The position numbers and the translations under genes are program-made. Of a stretch of 64,000 nucleotides of DNA, positions 1 to 9,177 are shown piece by piece. Every line of letters begins with the position of its first letter. Position 1 is the stretch's first letter. A model generated the notes under the pieces. The model was not told the origin of the DNA. It saw nothing but the letters and a program-made list of their open reading frames with translations, and did no database searches. Source of the stretch: Candidatus Omnitrophota bacterium (lineage in GTDB: Bacteria > Omnitrophota > Gorgyraeia > 2-01-FULL-45-10); the NCBI GenBank assembly GCA_043798375.1, contig JAZDOS010000028.1:28241-92240 (forward strand). The letters are read 5' to 3'.

Positions 1-609
1 ACAAAAGTATAGGTCGCGTAGAAGGCCGCGACTTCGTTTGCCCCAAGCCACACGAAAGTCCCGCTTATCTTTGTCCTATTCCACCACGCGGTAATGTCAC
101 TGACCTGTTTCACCGTATAGCGATCCATCAAAAACATGACAAGACATATAAAAATGAATAATGATTTAAGTCCTTTCTTGTCCCGAATATTATTAAGGGT
201 AACGAAGAATAACAGGGGAAGTATCATATAATTCTTCCAGTTCTGCACCCTGGGATCCGCAGGATCCAGAGGAAGCGGTAAACCGAGATACGTTGAGCCA
301 TGCCAAAGAGTGAAATATGTGAAGATAGCATATAAGAAAAGTATTTTATTATATGAAGTCCGCTCAAAAAGCGGCGCGCCCGTAGAGCTTTTACATACTA
401 TCCATCCTATCAGCATTCCTATTAAGATGATGTCATTCAGTTGATTTCCCATCGGAAATGGCCGCAATTTGAGAAATACGTTCTGCATGGGAATGATAAA
501 CATCAAAAATAGAAGGCCGTATCTCACTTTTCCGGAAATGGAAATTATCAGTATTATGAAACCCGCAAAATAAATGGCCCATAAGGCAAAATCTTTAATT
601 AAGGCAATC
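1..609 (-). CDS. Wzy/O-antigen-ligase-like polytopic membrane protein, partial (C-terminus beyond window start)
   Basis: Manual translation of minus strand from ATG at 609..607 is stop-free to position 1: MIALIKDFALWAIYFAGFIILIISISGKVRYGLLFLMFIIPMQN..., strongly hydrophobic multi-TM. In-frame TAG lies 15 nt upstream of the ATG. ATGA overlap with the stop of the GT gene at 595. Not in the ORF track because it has no stop inside the window. Confidence 0.4.
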
Positions 610-1704
610 ATTGAGCAGCTCCTCTACCCTGTCCTCAAGATTAAATCTTTCTTCAACCCACCTTCTCCCGGCTATTCCAAATGCCTGCCTCAGATCCTTA
701 TTACTTAACAATCGTATTATTTGTTCCGCAAGCCTTCCGCTATCTCCGGCAGGCACAAGAAAACCCGTCTTTCCATCTTTGACAACCTCCGGCACGCCTC
801 CCACATTAGTGGCCACAACTGGTATCCCGAACATCGCGGCCTCAGCAATAGATAATCCGAAAGATTCCGCAAAAGAGGCGCTCACAAATACGTCCGTAGC
901 TTCTAATATGTACGCCGGATATTCCTTTAGAAGACCGGTGAATATTATTTTTTCTTTTATTTGTAATTTTTCAGCCAACCTTTCATAGATATCTTTATCG
1001 CCGCCGCCGATTATAATAAAATGCGCCTTTGGCACTTTATCTAGCACCACTTTTGCCGCCCTTATAAATACATCCATACCTTTACGCGGTATAAGGGAGC
1101 CTATAGAAGTAACGATCGGATTGTCATTAGATAAACCCTCTTCTTTTCGAAAATCACGGCCTGAATCCATATTTCTAAAGCTCTCTATCTTTATCCCATT
1201 ATAAACTACGCGCATCTCTTTTCGTATATTAAGGGCTTCCAAAAATCTCTTATTGGCTTCCGATACACAGATTATCCTATTTACAAAAAAAGTGATAAAA
1301 CGTAACTTAGAAAAATGGCGGTTTACAAATTTCAATTCATTAATGGGTATGATCTCGCCATGATAATGATAAATTATTTTAAACCCAAAAATACGCAAAA
1401 TACAAAAGACGAAAGCAAAATTAAGAGAGCTGCAAAAATGAAAATCTATAACACTGGGGCGTTCCCGTAAAATAAGCTTCGCTAATTCTATTGAAAAACG
1501 AAAGGATGTCCAGTCATCGTTCATTGCACAAACCCGGGCATTCAGCTTTTCCAAAGATTCTTTTATTTCCGGAGTATTAATCCTTGGGAATACGAAGCTC
1601 ATATATATATTCTTCTCTTTTGATTTATGCGCAAGCTCAAGCATAAAATCCTCAAAGCTACCGTGCTTCTGAATGCGGCTGTTAAAAATCTGCAGAATAG
1701 TCAT
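595..1704 (-). CDS. glycosyltransferase family 4 (GT1 fold)
   Basis: C-terminal motif FAESFGLSIAEAAMFGIPVVATNVGGVPEVVKDGKTGFLV typical of retaining GT4 enzymes. Confidence 0.8.
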   Translation of the reverse strand: MTILQIFNSRIQKHGSFEDFMLELAHKSKEKNIYMSFVFPRINTPEIKESLEKLNARVCAMNDDWTSFRFSIELAKLILRERPSVIDFHFCSSLNFAFVFCILRIFGFKIIYHYHGEIIPINELKFVNRHFSKLRFITFFVNRIICVSEANKRFLEALNIRKEMRVVYNGIKIESFRNMDSGRDFRKEEGLSNDNPIVTSIGSLIPRKGMDVFIRAAKVVLDKVPKAHFIIIGGGDKDIYERLAEKLQIKEKIIFTGLLKEYPAYILEATDVFVSASFAESFGLSIAEAAMFGIPVVATNVGGVPEVVKDGKTGFLVPAGDSGRLAEQIIRLLSNKDLRQAFGIAGRRWVEERFNLEDRVEELLNDCLN

Positions 1705-2795
1705 TTATCAAATAACTCCAAATATAAGTTGCAATAATTTTCTGCCATTTTATCGAGTGTGAAATTTTCCGCATTTTTTCGCGCATCGAGCCGCATCTCC
1801 TCAAACATTTCAACATCATTCTGCAAAGCCTGTATCGCTTTAACAATTCCTTCGGAACTATTCTTTGATACCATGATACCTGTCCTTCCGTTAATCTGTG
1901 TTTCAGGTAACCCCCCAGAATTACTATATATTGCCGGTAAATAATGAGCTTGTGCCTCCAATGATACTATTGGGCAGTTTTCTTCCCATACAGAAGGTAT
2001 TATTACAAAATCACTGTTTAACATTAATTTTGAAATATCGGACTGGTGCCCCACAAATTCTACAATTTTGGCTAGATTATTATTTTTAACATATTCTCTC
2101 ATCGGTTCATATAATGGGCCAGACCCTACAATTGTAAGAGTGGCGCCTATCTGTCTCTTCATTAATAAAGAAAAGGCATGAAGGAGAACCCACAACCCCT
2201 TATTTTCGATCAATCGACCGATAAAAATTGCTTTTCTAGGACTACCTGATGCTCTTTTCGGTAAAATAATATTTGGCATATCTATGCCATTGTAAATAAA
2301 TGATACGTTTCTAGAGCCATAAATATTTCGCAACCTTTCCATAGAAGATTCTGAGCAGCCAAGAACTATTTCTGGCAGATAACCAACGCTTCTAAGGCTT
2401 TTTCGCACTATTTTTTTTGTCAGCGAAAATTTTATGGATTCCCATGAATCATGATCTGTCATAACCCAACGAAAATTATTATTAAATATTTTATTTACTA
2501 TCCAAAGCCCATTTCGCTGTAAAACAGCATGTGTATGGAATATCGCCTTGTTAAACTTTCTCGCTTTAGCATATAAATTTCTTAAGACCCATAAGGTGCT
2601 TTGAAGGTGAGCTTTCGTTGCCTCACATTTGCCAAAATCCGAGATATGCAGCTTGTTATTTCCTCTGTAAAGACAAAAATGTTCAACTCCATGCTTTCCT
2701 AAGTATTCGCTTATTCTTTTGGGAAAATTCTCCCACCAGGAAAAAGTGCTGCCATATGTTTGTAATGGAAATAACGAAAAAACCGCTTTTCTCAT
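1701..2795 (-). CDS. glycosyltransferase family 4 (GT1 fold)
   Basis: EENCPIVSLEAQAHYLPAIYSNSGGLPETQINGRTGIMV motif. 4-nt overlap with the upstream GT suggests an operon. Confidence 0.75.
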   Translation of the reverse strand: MRKAVFSLFPLQTYGSTFSWWENFPKRISEYLGKHGVEHFCLYRGNNKLHISDFGKCEATKAHLQSTLWVLRNLYAKARKFNKAIFHTHAVLQRNGLWIVNKIFNNNFRWVMTDHDSWESIKFSLTKKIVRKSLRSVGYLPEIVLGCSESSMERLRNIYGSRNVSFIYNGIDMPNIILPKRASGSPRKAIFIGRLIENKGLWVLLHAFSLLMKRQIGATLTIVGSGPLYEPMREYVKNNNLAKIVEFVGHQSDISKLMLNSDFVIIPSVWEENCPIVSLEAQAHYLPAIYSNSGGLPETQINGRTGIMVSKNSSEGIVKAIQALQNDVEMFEEMRLDARKNAENFTLDKMAENYCNLYLELFDK

Positions 2796-2798
2796 AAG

Positions 2799-3779
2799 TT
2801 ATTGCTCAGCTTTCAGTAAGGATATTTGTTGTGATGTTCGTTTTAATTCATGCTGTCTTGAATATTTTCTCCGGATTCGTTTGGTAAACATCCATATTAT
2901 CGTCTTATAAACAGCGAGATTAAAAGGGTTGTTCAAGAATGCTTTGATATTATAGAATAAATAAATTAAATATTTATTGCTAAATTGTACTGAATTTATG
3001 GCAAGCCTCGCATGTCGTATGTATGTCATTGAAAGTGCTTGCCTGTATGTAATTCCAAAGATTTGTTGTTTATTTAAATACAACCTTTTGATCACTGCTT
3101 CGCTTGCCTTAAAATTGTCTAAACTCTTTTCAGAAAGCGAATTGGGGCTTCTTCTCCATAACACTAATGGTGTGTTGAGGTAATAAAAATTGAACTTCTG
3201 CGATGCTTGCAAATAGAAAAGAAAATCATGGCCAAGACCGTAATTTTCTAAACGCTCATCATAACGTATATGTTCATATACCTCTTTTCTTATAGTAACA
3301 CTCGGATTATTAGGAAAACTGCCATACGTAACCAACGCTCTAAAGCATTCTTTCTGGGACATTGCTGACTTAGTATAGGGTGCATATATATCTCCTAACG
3401 AGCCGTAACTATTAAAAGTTTGCAACGATGAATAAAGAATCGATATTTCTTTATGCGCGTCCAATATTTCGATTTGTTTCTCGAGCCTTTCCGGCATAGA
3501 TATATCATCATGTTCAAATATGGATATATATATTCCTCTTGCCTCTTTAATACAAAAATTGTAAGCCGCGGCTACACCATTACGAGTTCTACTATAATAT
3601 CTAATGCGTTTATCTTTCTCAGCATAATTCTTAACAATCTCTCCAGTATTATCAGTTGAGCCATCATCTGTAACTATAATCTCAAAATCTTGGAAGGTTT
3701 GACTTAAGGCAGATTTAATGGCGTCGCCGATAAAACGAGCCCCATTATATGTCGGCATTATAATACTAACTTTTGGCAT
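2799..3779 (-). CDS. glycosyltransferase family 2
   Basis: N-terminal VSIIMPTYNGARFIGDAIKSALSQTFQDFEIIVTDDGSTD (GT2 DXD-type signature). Confidence 0.85.
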   Translation of the reverse strand: MPKVSIIMPTYNGARFIGDAIKSALSQTFQDFEIIVTDDGSTDNTGEIVKNYAEKDKRIRYYSRTRNGVAAAYNFCIKEARGIYISIFEHDDISMPERLEKQIEILDAHKEISILYSSLQTFNSYGSLGDIYAPYTKSAMSQKECFRALVTYGSFPNNPSVTIRKEVYEHIRYDERLENYGLGHDFLFYLQASQKFNFYYLNTPLVLWRRSPNSLSEKSLDNFKASEAVIKRLYLNKQQIFGITYRQALSMTYIRHARLAINSVQFSNKYLIYLFYNIKAFLNNPFNLAVYKTIIWMFTKRIRRKYSRQHELKRTSQQISLLKAEQ

Positions 3780-3786
3780 ATATAAC

Positions 3787-4443
3787 CTATTTCCCTATCT
3801 TTTGAGCAATACATGCGAATTGCTTATATCTCATATCATTTATTTGGCCTAACAACATATGATTCAATAGATTGAATTTCCACGACCAATCGATCCCGTT
3901 TATGCCAACAATCGATAAAACCCTATATCCACATTTAAAAAATAGATCTTTGATACTCTTAATTGTAAAAAACCTTAAATGCGTATTGTCTAACACCCCC
4001 TCCTCTACATAAGTCCACTCTTTTTTAACCATAAGATCTTTAAATGTATAAAAATATCTCATATTCGGAATTGAAGCAACGATATATCCATTCTCCTGAA
4101 GATGATCAGCCATGTTTTTTAATACGCCCCAAGGGTCGATAAGATGCTCCAGGACATCATTAAAAACAATACAATCAAAGTATGATGGAGGCAGGGCGCT
4201 TATATCCTTTTCGATGTCGGCTGTAATCACTTTATTTAGCTTGGTTTTAGCGGAAGAGGCGGCTTTATCAGATTTTTCAATCCCCCATACTTCCACATCC
4301 TTTCTTGATTTCAACAAAAGACCGAACTCCCCTGCTCCGCATCCGACATCAAGTATTTTTTTAGCATCTTGCGGCAAAAAGCTTAGCATTTCCTCTCGTT
4401 TGACCGTGTAATATTTATTAGACTTTTTTCCGGAGCTTAGCAT
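3787..4443 (-). CDS. class I SAM-dependent methyltransferase
   Basis: Motif I ILDVGCGAGEFG followed by an acidic motif II (DCIVFNDVLEH). Confidence 0.75.
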   Translation of the reverse strand: MLSSGKKSNKYYTVKREEMLSFLPQDAKKILDVGCGAGEFGLLLKSRKDVEVWGIEKSDKAASSAKTKLNKVITADIEKDISALPPSYFDCIVFNDVLEHLIDPWGVLKNMADHLQENGYIVASIPNMRYFYTFKDLMVKKEWTYVEEGVLDNTHLRFFTIKSIKDLFFKCGYRVLSIVGINGIDWSWKFNLLNHMLLGQINDMRYKQFACIAQKIGK

Positions 4444-4458
4444 ATTTTTACATGTAAA

Positions 4459-5103
4459 TCAGTTGGGCGTTATCAAAGTTTTAACGAACTTCTTAAAGTT
4501 ATATATACATCTGAACTTAAAGACATCTATATTACTTATATTCTTAAGTCTTTTCTTTTTTATTGCAGAATACAAACGTATAGGTGACAGGTCTGTTTCA
4601 ACAAAATTTGAAGGCTTTTTTGCTTTAATAAAAACTCCATCCCATTTCCCATTGTCTTTTTCCAGGATCTCGATTCCTAAATCCGAAAAAATGCGACTCA
4701 TATCATCTAATTCGAATCTCCAGAAATCATACGGAAAACCATGGTATGGGAACAGTTTTGACCTGGTAGTTAAATACAGACATCCATTCGGTTTTAAAAT
4801 ATTTTTAAAGTTGCTGATAGCCTCTTGCCAATCTTTGATATGCTCTATGCATTCGAGAGATATAAGGATGTCGAATCTCTCTTTACCATACCTTTTTAGC
4901 AAATTCTCTGCATAGCATATTTCATCAACACAAGGGCCCATCTGGATGTCCGTACCAAGGTAACTTGACGGCTTCAAACTTTCGATATAAGACCGGCAGG
5001 ACCCGTTTACATTTCTGGCTCCAATTTCAATCACTGTTTTACCAAAGATCTCGTCTTTGTTTGCGTTTTTTTGAATAAAGCTTAAACCGGATTCAGTACA
5101 CAT
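4459..5103 (-). CDS. methyltransferase, FkbM-like
   Basis: VIEIGARNVNGS glycine-rich SAM motif in the FkbM style (xIDIGANxG). Confidence 0.55.
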   Translation of the reverse strand: MCTESGLSFIQKNANKDEIFGKTVIEIGARNVNGSCRSYIESLKPSSYLGTDIQMGPCVDEICYAENLLKRYGKERFDILISLECIEHIKDWQEAISNFKNILKPNGCLYLTTRSKLFPYHGFPYDFWRFELDDMSRIFSDLGIEILEKDNGKWDGVFIKAKKPSNFVETDLSPIRLYSAIKKKRLKNISNIDVFKFRCIYNFKKFVKTLITPN

Positions 5104-5112
5104 TGTTCCGCC

Positions 5113-5829
5113 TCAATAATTTTTCGAAAGAAGGGTTTCTTTTATTAAATTCAGTTTTCTATTTCGCATCTCCACGACATTATCAATATCGAATTCTACA
5201 TCTTCTCTTTGAACCTTTTTCTTCACCGGCCATGTCATGCCGCCGAAATGTCTTACTTCCTTATGAAATTTACATGGAACAAACCTATATTTCGCTTGAC
5301 TCGTAAACTGCTGATATGCCATGCCTCCCGTATCGTATTTTCCAGTAACGCCCCAGCGCAATCCAAGTTCCCGCTGGACATCGGTTCTCACAAGCAACGC
5401 AAGAGGCCAGAATCTTCTCATCGTCTTTTTCCATAAGAAGCGTATCTTCCAGCCGTATACAAAATTCGCTACAACTGCGCCTACAATCGCATTTCTTGGA
5501 TGTTTTTCCATTAATGCTACACGCTTTTCAAGCCAGCCATTTTTTAAAATCTGGGTGTCATCGTGTAAAAACAAAAAATATGGCGTATTGACAAACCTTA
5601 TCATAGAGTCTTTGGGCAGTGCCTGATCTTCCGGTTTCACCAATTTTATATCAGTCCTGCTTTCCAGAAACTTGCGCGTCTGGTCGTCAACACCGGCATC
5701 CCCTACGATGATTTTGTAAGGATAATCCGCAGTATATTTTTTTACAGACTCAAGGCAGAGCTCAAGCATATATCGACTATCAAATCTGGTCGGTATTAAA
5801 ATGGTTACTTCCCTTTTTCCGTAATTCAT
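5113..5829 (-). CDS. glycosyltransferase family 2
   Basis: VTILIPTRFDSRYMLELCLESVKKYTADYPYKIIVGDAGVDDQT N-terminal GT-A signature. Confidence 0.8.
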   Translation of the reverse strand: MNYGKREVTILIPTRFDSRYMLELCLESVKKYTADYPYKIIVGDAGVDDQTRKFLESRTDIKLVKPEDQALPKDSMIRFVNTPYFLFLHDDTQILKNGWLEKRVALMEKHPRNAIVGAVVANFVYGWKIRFLWKKTMRRFWPLALLVRTDVQRELGLRWGVTGKYDTGGMAYQQFTSQAKYRFVPCKFHKEVRHFGGMTWPVKKKVQREDVEFDIDNVVEMRNRKLNLIKETLLSKNY

Positions 5830-5847
5830 ATGGACCTACCCATCATT

Positions 5848-7317
5848 TCAAATTTTTATTACCTTACGGATATCAAACCCCAAGTATGAAATGTAGCTTT
5901 TAACAAAAATTCGATATATAAAGTATGGGGATATCATAACCGTATATACCGTAACCAAAACAATAAGCCTAATCTCGGCGATACGTATATAGGCTCCCAA
6001 AATCCTTGCAACAAATAACGTAATTAGAGACGCCAGGAGTGAAACCAATATCGGTTCGATTGAAGAGCGCACAAAATCACCTAACCTTATTATTCGTTCT
6101 TTGTGCAATACGCTGAGGTATGTTACCAATGAAATAACATTGTAGACAAATAAGACAACAGCTATCCCTTTCAGTCCCCAATTAACGGCAAAGTATAATC
6201 CTGCAGCAAAAGGAATCAAGAGCAAGAATCCGATTATGAAAGTCATAAAAGGTTTCCCAACAGCTTGAAGTATATTTATAAAATATATTTGCGAAAGGCT
6301 GAGAAGAACTGCCAAAGACAACCATGGCAATATCTCCGCTGAGGCTAACCATTTCTCACCAAAAAGGCCTATTATGGTTTCCTTTGGAAAAAATGTGAAA
6401 AAAAACAATACCGGAACGGCAATTGAATATGTAAAAAAATTAAATTTTCTGAACCATTCCCTCACCTTCAGATTGTCGTTTTGAATGCTTGAAAACCCGG
6501 GAAGAAGCACGGTTACTATATTGGATTTCACTTTTTCGGCCGGTAACTGGCCGAGATTTGAAGCTCGCGTAAAATATCCAAGGTCGATTGTGCCCAGGTA
6601 TTTTCCGGCGATTATCCTCTGCAAATTCCAAGAGAAAAAGCCTACTGTTTCCGATAGTGCTATGAACACACCGAATCCCAGCAAATGTCTTGCCGCTGTT
6701 CCGTCGAACAATAGTTTTGGCTTCCAGTTAAAAAATTTAAAGCCCCAGTAAATTCTTATCAATGTCATTCCTAGCGCACCGGCAATAATCCCCCACACAA
6801 AACTGAATGGGCCGTATCCCATCATAGCAAGCGGTATCGCGACAATGCCATAAAACGATGAATTCGCTATTCCTACGAGGCTTATATTTTTAAAAAACAT
6901 ATTTCGTCCCAATAACGCAGAAGGCACTCTGTCTAATGCATATATGATAAATGTAATTCCAATCAGACGCGCAAGAAGAGTAAGTGACGGCTCGCCAAAA
7001 AATCTTGCCAATAACGGCGCGGAGATCCACATTACCGAGAAACAGCCTGCCCCCATCGCAAGGCTTATAGTAAAAGCTGTATTGAGATGTTCGTCCGATA
7101 TTTCCTCCCGCTGTATTATCGCCGAGTTTATACCGAGCTGCCAGAACATGAATATAAAGCCCGATAAAACCTGCGTCATCCCATAGAGACCGAAGTCTTT
7201 AGGGGACAAAATTCTTGCCAAGACGATGCCGTTTATAAAATATGTAACCTGGCAGATAATATTCGCTATAAACTGCCATTTAATCCCGTGTTTAACTTTT
7301 TTTGATATGCTTTCCAT
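5848..7317 (-). CDS. oligosaccharide flippase (Wzx, MOP superfamily polysaccharide biosynthesis protein)
   Basis: 489 aa, about 12-14 predicted TM helices. N-terminal KWQFIANIICQVTYFINGIVLARILSPKDFGLYG typical of Wzx/RfbX. Confidence 0.7.
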   Translation of the reverse strand: MESISKKVKHGIKWQFIANIICQVTYFINGIVLARILSPKDFGLYGMTQVLSGFIFMFWQLGINSAIIQREEISDEHLNTAFTISLAMGAGCFSVMWISAPLLARFFGEPSLTLLARLIGITFIIYALDRVPSALLGRNMFFKNISLVGIANSSFYGIVAIPLAMMGYGPFSFVWGIIAGALGMTLIRIYWGFKFFNWKPKLLFDGTAARHLLGFGVFIALSETVGFFSWNLQRIIAGKYLGTIDLGYFTRASNLGQLPAEKVKSNIVTVLLPGFSSIQNDNLKVREWFRKFNFFTYSIAVPVLFFFTFFPKETIIGLFGEKWLASAEILPWLSLAVLLSLSQIYFINILQAVGKPFMTFIIGFLLLIPFAAGLYFAVNWGLKGIAVVLFVYNVISLVTYLSVLHKERIIRLGDFVRSSIEPILVSLLASLITLFVARILGAYIRIAEIRLIVLVTVYTVMISPYFIYRIFVKSYISYLGFDIRKVIKI

Positions 7318-7378
7318 TGCCTATAACTGCTTTCTCGAATTAACTAAATCCGTAAACTTTTTCTTATAAAATTTAATA

Positions 7379-8146
7379 CTACGGGCTTAACCTTGCTATT
7401 AACCCATAGCAAGGTGAATAAGCAAGACAAGATGGCAACCTGCTTAAAACAGGCAATGTTTTTAGTAACAGTTTTATTGATATTTTCTGTATAAAATTAG
7501 CCTTTTCGCTGTTAGCCCAAAACCAAAAATTACCGAACCCCCCACAAAAAATTGTATGAAACCCCGATCTTTCAGCTATGTTTTTCCACAGGTAAGGATT
7601 CATGGAAGGAATATAATGTTCTTTATAAGATGCCGTATCAAGAGCACTATGTAATATTCGTTGAATAAACCCTCGATAATTAGGAGTAGAGATAACTAAG
7701 TATCCTCCTTCTTTAACGAGGAAAGCATGTTTGTTTAAAACTTCTTCGAAATTTGTAAAATGCTCAATGAATCCAAAGGAGCATACCACGTCAAATTTGT
7801 TTTTTTCATTGTATTTAAAAAAGTCGACCTCATAAAAATTACCTACTTTATAATTCTCACTTTTTAGCCAATGCGGTAATTCATTGCTAACACGAGGGTA
7901 AAAATCAATTCCATTTAGCTCATAGCCCAATTCACCCCACACTGCGAGATGGCTTCCCGGAAAGCAACCGATTTCCAAAACATTTTTTTCTTCATTTTTT
8001 AAAATTTTAAAATATTCTTCGATCCATCTCCTGACAATACTTTCCTTTGAGGCAATTGAAAAATGCTTATGGTTACTCCAAATATTACACCAAGCTTTCT
8101 GATCACGTAGATTATCCTGCTTTAAAAAATGTTTTATGCTCTTCAT
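7379..8146 (-). CDS. SAM-dependent methyltransferase
   Basis: VLEIGCFPGSH glycine-rich motif I; size 255 aa. Confidence 0.6.
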   Translation of the reverse strand: MKSIKHFLKQDNLRDQKAWCNIWSNHKHFSIASKESIVRRWIEEYFKILKNEEKNVLEIGCFPGSHLAVWGELGYELNGIDFYPRVSNELPHWLKSENYKVGNFYEVDFFKYNEKNKFDVVCSFGFIEHFTNFEEVLNKHAFLVKEGGYLVISTPNYRGFIQRILHSALDTASYKEHYIPSMNPYLWKNIAERSGFHTIFCGGFGNFWFWANSEKANFIQKISIKLLLKTLPVLSRLPSCLAYSPCYGLIARLSP

Positions 8147-9177
8147 TTAGTCACCAGGTTTTTCATCTCGCCAGCGTAGAAGCGGGTGATTATTTTTCGC
8201 CTTAAATAATTAGGATTTCTTTTATAAACGCTGTCCAGCTGCTCAAGGATCCCCAGGATCCTGACAAACCGTATGACAGAATAAGGCGCTTCCCCTCCGC
8301 CATAGTATGCTTTAAGATATTCGCCGACCATACCGTTTAGGTATCGTTCTTTGAACGATAATCCCGGCAGTTTCATCATTGATATATTGAGCCCGGTTAT
8401 AAAGTTGCAAACGTCTTTAATGGTCAGATCTTCTATTTCGGCGGCTATATCCAGAACATATATCCTGCTGCCGTTATGTATTATGTTATGAGGCTGAAAA
8501 TCGCCGTGTTTTAAAGAGATGGGGCAATCGTAGGACGCAACATCACTCTCAAGGGCCTCCATTCTCTCCATGACCTTTCTTCCCAGATCAACAGGTATAT
8601 TGAGATACGGGAATTTATCGATGATCTGCCCGGCTTTGTCGATAAATTTTCCGGTTTCAATTTTTCCGTGCTTACCTTCAAAAGTTGCGCTGTGAAAATC
8701 CTTAAGCCATTCTCCTGTCTCGGAAAACAGGCTTTTCAGAATTGCCTTCCTCGATCTCGTGAGGGGCATTAGCGAGATATTTTTTAAATAGGCGTAAAGG
8801 GTTTCCCCCTCGATCTTTTCCGTGACAAGCAAACCCTTCTCCGGTATGGCATCCAGCGCGTGCGATATCGAATCTTTCAATACGCGGTTTTTGCGCAATA
8901 ACGACAGAATATCGAACTCCTTCACGGTATCCTTTGTGACATCATTATGATAGAGATTATTGTATATCCTTCTTTTTACAATCAATCTTTTCAGCACGCT
9001 ATCGGTGTTATATATGGAAAATTGGTATATTATCGACTTATGATGTTTTTTAAGCAGCGAACCTTCGACCCTGACGTGAGACGAGGCCAGATGCGGATAG
9101 TATTTCTGAAGCCTGTTCTCAATCACGGTCTTTAACTCCAGAATATCTAACGATTTATCGAACGTGTTTTTTACCAT
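8143..9177 (-). CDS. protein-kinase-fold phosphotransferase (APH/choline-kinase/Kdo-kinase-like)
   Basis: Catalytic loop HGDFQPHNIIH (HGDxxxxN of APH/ChoK family) followed by DIAAEIED (DxxE metal site). Confidence 0.6.
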   Translation of the reverse strand: MVKNTFDKSLDILELKTVIENRLQKYYPHLASSHVRVEGSLLKKHHKSIIYQFSIYNTDSVLKRLIVKRRIYNNLYHNDVTKDTVKEFDILSLLRKNRVLKDSISHALDAIPEKGLLVTEKIEGETLYAYLKNISLMPLTRSRKAILKSLFSETGEWLKDFHSATFEGKHGKIETGKFIDKAGQIIDKFPYLNIPVDLGRKVMERMEALESDVASYDCPISLKHGDFQPHNIIHNGSRIYVLDIAAEIEDLTIKDVCNFITGLNISMMKLPGLSFKERYLNGMVGEYLKAYYGGGEAPYSVIRFVRILGILEQLDSVYKRNPNYLRRKIITRFYAGEMKNLVTK

